Positions 58,012 through 64,000 of a stretch of DNA of 64,000 bases are shown here, piece by piece. The translations under genes were made by a program, and so were the position numbers. This stretch comes from Paragordius varius (Eukaryota > Animalia > Nematomorpha): contig OZ176053.1 in the NCBI GenBank assembly GCA_964247055.1, positions 9,424,001-9,488,000 of the forward strand, given 5' to 3'. Within the stretch, counting starts at the first letter, position 1, and each line of letters starts with the position of its first letter. The notes beneath the pieces were generated by a model, which was given only the letters and a program-made list of their open reading frames with translations, was not told the origin of the DNA and searched no databases.

Positions 58012-61000
58012 CCGTCTGCGTTTCAAGAGTGTCCTTGAACATTTCAATCCTGAACGTTTAGAATTGGTCCTTTAACATTTCAAGTTGGCCTTGAACACTT
58101 ACAGACTATTTTATAATGTTTTTTAGTTTTATCAAACAAACCGTGTACATTCATCTATTTTTTCATTTTTAAACTATTCTCTTTATTTAACTTAATATAA
58201 ACACTAAATCAGAAACCATATACCTTTATTTATTTGTTAAAAAATATTTTAATATTAAGTTTTATCAGTAATTAACACTTTTCTTTTTATCCTAGTTTAC
58301 CTTTTGAGATACTATTAAATCCCAGAGCTCGATTTTGCAAATAATCAACATTTCTAAAAGCTATTCTAATTAAAATTTAATTATCAAACATTGTTCTTAT
58401 GTATTAGATAAAAAAACTTATATTACAGTGTTGTGGCTTCTAGAGTTTATAATTGGGACAGCTCCAAAACACGATTGAAGCGAACTGATATAAAATCAAA
58501 ATATATCAAGTATTTATTGGTAAAATGTAGCCTGAAAGCTTTTTATAGTTATTCATACATTTTATGATCACAATATACATTTATTGCCTGTTGCATCAGC
58601 GATTTAAAAAAAAATATGGAACAAATGGCGGCTAAAAAAATTTGGATGACGATTTATTTTACAATTTTACATTTTTTAAAAAAAATCTTTTAATGCGCCT
58701 AAAAGACTTAGAAAACATATTTTTAAATTTGGATTAATACCATCAATACTTTTTAAGTATTCAAATTTCAAATGGCTCTGGGATATAAAACTACCCCAAA
58801 AGGTAATAAAGTGTTAAAATATAAGATTTCTGGGTTATAAATTAATATTTTCCGTTAAAAAATTCATAACTTAATAAAATTGTTGAATTGGAAAAAATTT
58901 TCGAAACAAAAAACGTGGTTTTTGAATGAATTAATTTTAATTAAATAAATATTTAGTTTTTATTATTATTACATTACATGTTTTCACTCGTGAGAGCGGT
59001 CATGTTATACAACCTGTTTCGCCATAGAACTCTATCTATGGCGTCCTCTGCATTAAACTCGTATTCTGCTAGCTCTCTTTTTCCTGTATCTATCCATTTC
59101 GTTTGCCGCCCACGTCCTCGTTTTCCATCAACTATATGACTATCTATTATTTTTGCAATATAATTAGAATCTCTCCTTTCAATGTGCCCGAACCAAGTAA
59201 CTTATTTTTTGACATTCTTTCTATTGGTTTAATATCTCTCACATGAATTAAACTATTCTCTATTCTGTCCTTTCTTGTCACCCCACACATCATTCTAAGC
59301 ATTTTCATTTCAGTCACGTTAAAATGTCTTACTTCGGATTTTTCGACATCCCACTTCTGTGAATTATACATCATTGTGAGTTGAACAACTGAACTGTATA
59401 TCTTAACTTTCACTCTAACATCAAATTTCTATTACATAAGACGCTTGAAATTTCCTTCCAATTTACCCAACTGCTCTTTATTTTTAAATTAATATCATCG
59501 GTCAACCATCCATCTAAACTTAACATAGCCCCCAAATATTTGCAACTTTCTTTATTCTTTAGAACCCAACTATAATCAACTTTCATTTCATATTATGGAC
59601 CCCCAAAAGTAATAAGTTTAGTTTTTGCTTTGTTTACTTTCAGACCATATTGATTCAGTATAATAACCCATATGTTTACTGTTCGCTTTAACTCATTTAA
59701 TGAATCACAAGATGATTATGTCATCTGCATACAATAAGTACCATCCTGAACTCACATTAACAACCTTGGATACCTCGTCTATACAAATTATACACAATAA
59801 GGGGCTGAGTGATGAGCCTTGGTAGACTCCATGCTTTATTGAAAAGGGCTCTGATAAATCTTGTAGGGTTTTAATCCTGGAGGTGTGTGATTCGTACATT
59901 ATTTGTAACAACTTAATATAACTTTCTGGCACCTTTTTACGACGGAGACTCCACCAAATAGTTTCTCTAAAAATCTGTCAAACGCCTTCTCTATGTCAAT
60001 TAAAACCCCGTGTAATTCTTTCTTTTTTTCAGTGTGTTTTACAATCAACCTCCTAACCGCATGTATGGGGCCTATTGTTGACTTTCCTGGCATGAAACCA
60101 AATTGATTTTTTTCTATAGATAGCATTTTCCTGATTCGTTTTTCAATTATTTTTTTAAAAAATTTCATGGTGTGCGACATTAGTTTTATCCCTCTATAGT
60201 TACTACATTCATTTATATCACATTTTCCTTTAAATAAAGGCACAGTTAAACTTTCATTCCATTCAACCGAAATTTCATAAGTTGAAACATTTTATTAAAA
60301 ACACGCTCCAAGAAATTTAATCCAGCGTTTCCAATCACTTTCCAACAATTTATATTTATGTCGTCCGATCTTACAGCCTTGTTGTTTGGTATTTCTAACA
60401 AATAGGATTCTACCTCCTTTTCTGTAATTGATTCTATTGGTCTGTCAGTAGCTTCCACTGTGTTTGCAAAAAATATCTCGCCTACCCCTTCATCTAACTC
60501 ACAAAGTACTCTTTCCATCTTTTTAATATTTCTACATTTTTGCACAGCAAGTTTCCATCTTTTCCTTTTATTGCAATCGCATAACCTGGTAAATCCATCA
60601 TGCGTTTATTCCTTTGCTAAGCATATTCATACACTTTGTTTAAATCTTGCTTACTACTTAACTACCATAAAATAAATTCATCTTATCTTTCTTAACCTAG
60701 CCGACAAATTTTTTCAATTCCTTATTTAAACTTTTATCTTTATCTCTATCATCATCATTCCTTGTATGTTTCCATTTGTCAAAGGCCTTACCCTTTCGTG
60801 ACATCAATATTATTCTTTCATTGTAAAGGCAAGCCTCTCTGTATACTTGAGATTTGCCGCCTTTTAATCCACAAACTAGAGTTCCTGCCTTGTTGATTAA
60901 CTGGCTTACTTTATCCCACTCACAATCCTCGGATAACCGTATTTCTTTTAAAGAAACATGCTTTTTTTCAGATATTTTCTCCCATTTTCTAGTTTTTAAT

Positions 61001-61490
61001 CTCTTTGAGCAGGAACAATTTGTTTTTCTTTTACAAATTGCGAACTCTCTAAGTTTGGCACGACCTTACAGTCTAATACAAGCTTCAATAAGTCTCTTGG
61101 GATTAATATAAAATCTATCTGGTGATTTGTTTATGCTGCTTTTGTAAGTTACTAGATGACTCTCTCTTTTTTTAAAAAATGTGTTCGCTATCGCCAAATT
61201 GTGAGATTGAGCAAATCTAAGCAAATTAATTCCTTCCTCGTTTCTTTCTCCATAAGAATCTCCCCCGTGCCATATTTTATAATAGATAAAGAAAAATGGG
61301 TTAAAGAAAATTACATGCAAAAATTATGGTTTAATCCAAACAAAAAAATAGAAACCAACTTAAAATGTTCAAGAACCACTTGAAGTATCATAACCTACTT
61401 AAAATATTGAAGGACAAACATGATGTTGAAGGACTAACTTAATATAATCAAGGACTAACTTGAATAAGGACACTCTTGAGGTGCAAATTG
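58012..61490. mobile_element. Tc1/mariner-type non-autonomous element hosting an RTE insertion
   Basis: 25-bp imperfect TIR (19/25; the 14-bp core TCAAGAGTGTCCTT is perfect) at 58012-58036 and 61466-61490; TA on both flanks; subterminal GTCCTT/AAGGAC repeats. Confidence 0.7.
58961..61275 (-). mobile_element. 5'-truncated, decayed RTE-clade LINE retrotransposon
   Basis: Endonuclease tail RNEEGINLLRFAQSHNLAIANTFFKKRESHLVTYKS; RT motifs PLFKGK..C.NYRGIKL, QFGFMPGKST, IDIEKAFD, G..QGS.LSPLL, YADDI; C-terminal VTEMKMLRMMCGVTRKDRI; (TAA)n-like 3' tail at 58961-58972; many frameshifts. Confidence 0.92.
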
Positions 61491-62949
61491 TATATAAAAA
61501 GTGTCTTTAATATATAAAGTCCAAACTTTGTAAATTTTTTGAGAAATAAAGTTCATTTTTATTATAGCCCCCTTTAGTAAGTGAATAATATGTTTGCCAA
61601 TTGGTGCATGTTATGATTGATTTTTCTGGAAAAATCATATTATAAAATATGATGTATCCAAATCAATTTTTACAAATACTGTTTATAAAATATCCATTTA
61701 TTCCTTCGCCAATAATGTGATTTGTTACAATCAACTTTTAAATTATCTATATAGTTTTTGACAAATATGTCTACACACCTATGCTTGTTTATTACTGCAT
61801 AGGCAATTCAAAATCTAAAACCACCAAAAAACCTAAAACGGGGTGTGCAAATACTAAAAAAACGAATTAATATAAAAATTAAATAATAATCTATACTAAA
61901 AAATTGCATAATTCTAAATGTCTCATTCTGTCAGTTCAAGGCAGTCGGCACGTTTGCCTAAATATATCAATTTAAGGATGTATCAGGCTCACGGCTGCAT
62001 CTACAAAAGAGTAAGACCGATATTAGCGTTTATTTTAACTATCATTTACAAGGAAAGTATTTAAAAAATTGGTTGTTAATTCTTTATTTACAAATTTTCG
62101 GATACTGATATCTGTTAAAGGCATCTCATTAATGTATTTCATACTTTTAACCAACACAGTGTACCGATCAAAATTAGAACTTCTTTTTAAATTATAAGAT
62201 TTTAAAATTTCCGCATCTCAAAGTTGCAAAAAAATTTCATCTCAACATTTTTGTAATATTTATTTTTTATAGGGCAGTTACTTTTTATACAAACCCGATA
62301 AATAACCGATAACCTTGTTTATACCGTTTTGCATAACCTTTAAAAACGAGCGGTACTGCTGCATTGAAAAAACAGAAGTTTTCAATAATTTTGAACACTC
62401 TCACCACGCAAGAGATATTTGAAAATTTATTATAGCGAAAAACCATTTTTAGATGCAATAATGGTTAAATGTTCTATATCCGCAAGTTATAGGCACACAA
62501 CTATTTAATGTTATAAAGTAATTCGGTTAAAACACATATTTTTACATTAAAACTTTGCAAAATGGCCCTTGACCAGAATTATTTTTTATTGACCTTTTTT
62601 GTATTTACATTTAATTTAAAAATGACCGATTGTGAGAAGAGAAAAGGGACAATTGTTATGTGTGTCATTTCTATAATTTATTTTTAAAAACCTTTAAAAC
62701 TGTTGGTTGTCATATTATGATGAAAAAATATTTTGTTTTTAGGTCAATGTCTTCCACAAAAGTTCTATAAAAGTCAAAAAATTTGTGGATAAATAATTCA
62801 TAATTTTTTACATTTTCTTAATTTAAATTATAAAAAATATTTTATTCTTTAAACAGGTGATTTTTTGCTTGATTTATGCCTAAATGTTTTTCTAAATATA
62901 TGTAATATCGTAAGAACTGTCTATTTTTCTAACGCGTTTAGACTAAACA

Positions 62950-63902
62950 ATGGGTAAATTTTTGGGCGTGGGTCCACATTGTCAACAACAAGAGGAGCGT
63001 AATGGAAGTCATTCCAATGTTTTATTAATTTCATTCATGTCCTTTTTATGCATTGCCTTGGCATGTTGTGTCATGATCCCAATGTTTTATTATCAAATCG
63101 ATAAAATTAAAGTGGATCAATCTGTTATGATTCAAAATTTGAAGGGTAAAATGGCACAAAAACAACAAGTTATTGGCCTTTTGCACATGAGAATCTCTGG
63201 ATTAAAGGTTTAAATAATATTTTAATATTTAAATTTTGTTGAAATTATATCAAACCATAATAAATTTTAACTTAATTGGCTAGGAGGAATTGGGAAACAA
63301 TGTCGAAGAACCTATAAAAAATGATGCCGATCAAATCATGTTGAGAAAAAAACGAGGGACTTATGAGCGTCCAGTTAGTCCCTTTTCCTACCATAAAGTC
63401 GGTAAGTTTGATTTTAATTGATAAATATTTGTTTAAATATTTTTCAATTAATTAGCGTATCGCATCTCTGTTATTCTGTTACTGTAAAATATTTGCAAGA
63501 CAAAACGCATAAACTAAAAGACAAATATTTTTTTTAAAAAGATAGCCATACTCTTTACCCTAATTTTTATAAACCTTTATGATTAGAATCGTTGAAAGCA
63601 TAATTCACAGTGTTACTAATTTACATCTCTAATCCATATTAAAAAATTATGGTTTATAAAAGTATGGTTTATTTGAAAATTATTTGTCATAGCTTTTACG
63701 TTCTGCCTTTATAATATATATTTTTACTGCATAACACGATGTAGAGGCTTGTAAGGAATGTGCAGATGGGAAACCAGGGCACCGTGGAAAGGCCGGAGGA
63801 CCTGGTAAGCCAGGAAGACCCGGAAATCCTGGACACAAGGGTGGAGATGGAAGGGCCGGAAATCCAGGAAATGCTGGCGCACCAGGAAGAGACGGAGGAC
63901 CG
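62950..63902 (+). CDS. Nematode-style cuticle collagen, 5' part only (continues past the window)
   Basis: Exons 62950-63207, 63284-63401, 63745-63902. N-terminal hydrophobic anchor VLLISFMSFLCIALACCVMIPMFY, basic site LRKKRG, CKEC, then uninterrupted Gly-X-Y (GKPGHRGKAGGPGKPGRPGNPG...). Confidence 0.88.
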
Positions 63903-64000
63903 GTATATGAATAAAATAATAATCCACTTATTATTACAAATCCATTTATCATCTAAAAATATTTGAATCGAAACATCGTAAAGTAAAAAGAACTAGACAA

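Overview
Very AT-rich, intron-rich animal genomic DNA with no prokaryotic features. The ORF track is mostly exon fragments and antisense shadows, so I rebuilt the genes by hand from GT-AG sites with reading-phase checks. Seven protein-coding genes: PGK (minus, 12 exons, 418 aa) head-to-head with RAD54 (plus, 20 exons, about 1076 aa), with only 98 nt between the ATGs; an S1 serine protease with a ~640-aa acidic then His/Arg-rich N-terminal region (12 exons); an intronless class A peptide-type GPCR; the actin nucleator Spire (minus, 16 exons); an ESE/ELF5-like ETS factor; and the 5' part of a nematode-style cuticle collagen. The rest is decayed transposon DNA: hAT elements with 8-bp TSDs, nested MITEs, a dead Harbinger, and an RTE LINE inside a Tc1/mariner-type element. 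The most striking observation is four obligatory micro-introns of 29, 25, 26 and 22 nt. They are the first two introns of PGK and of RAD54 and all lie within 380 bp around the shared promoter; every other intron I modelled is 60 nt or longer. Cuticle-type collagen, Spire and vertebrate-like intron positions together suggest a nematomorph or similar non-model ecdysozoan (inference only).
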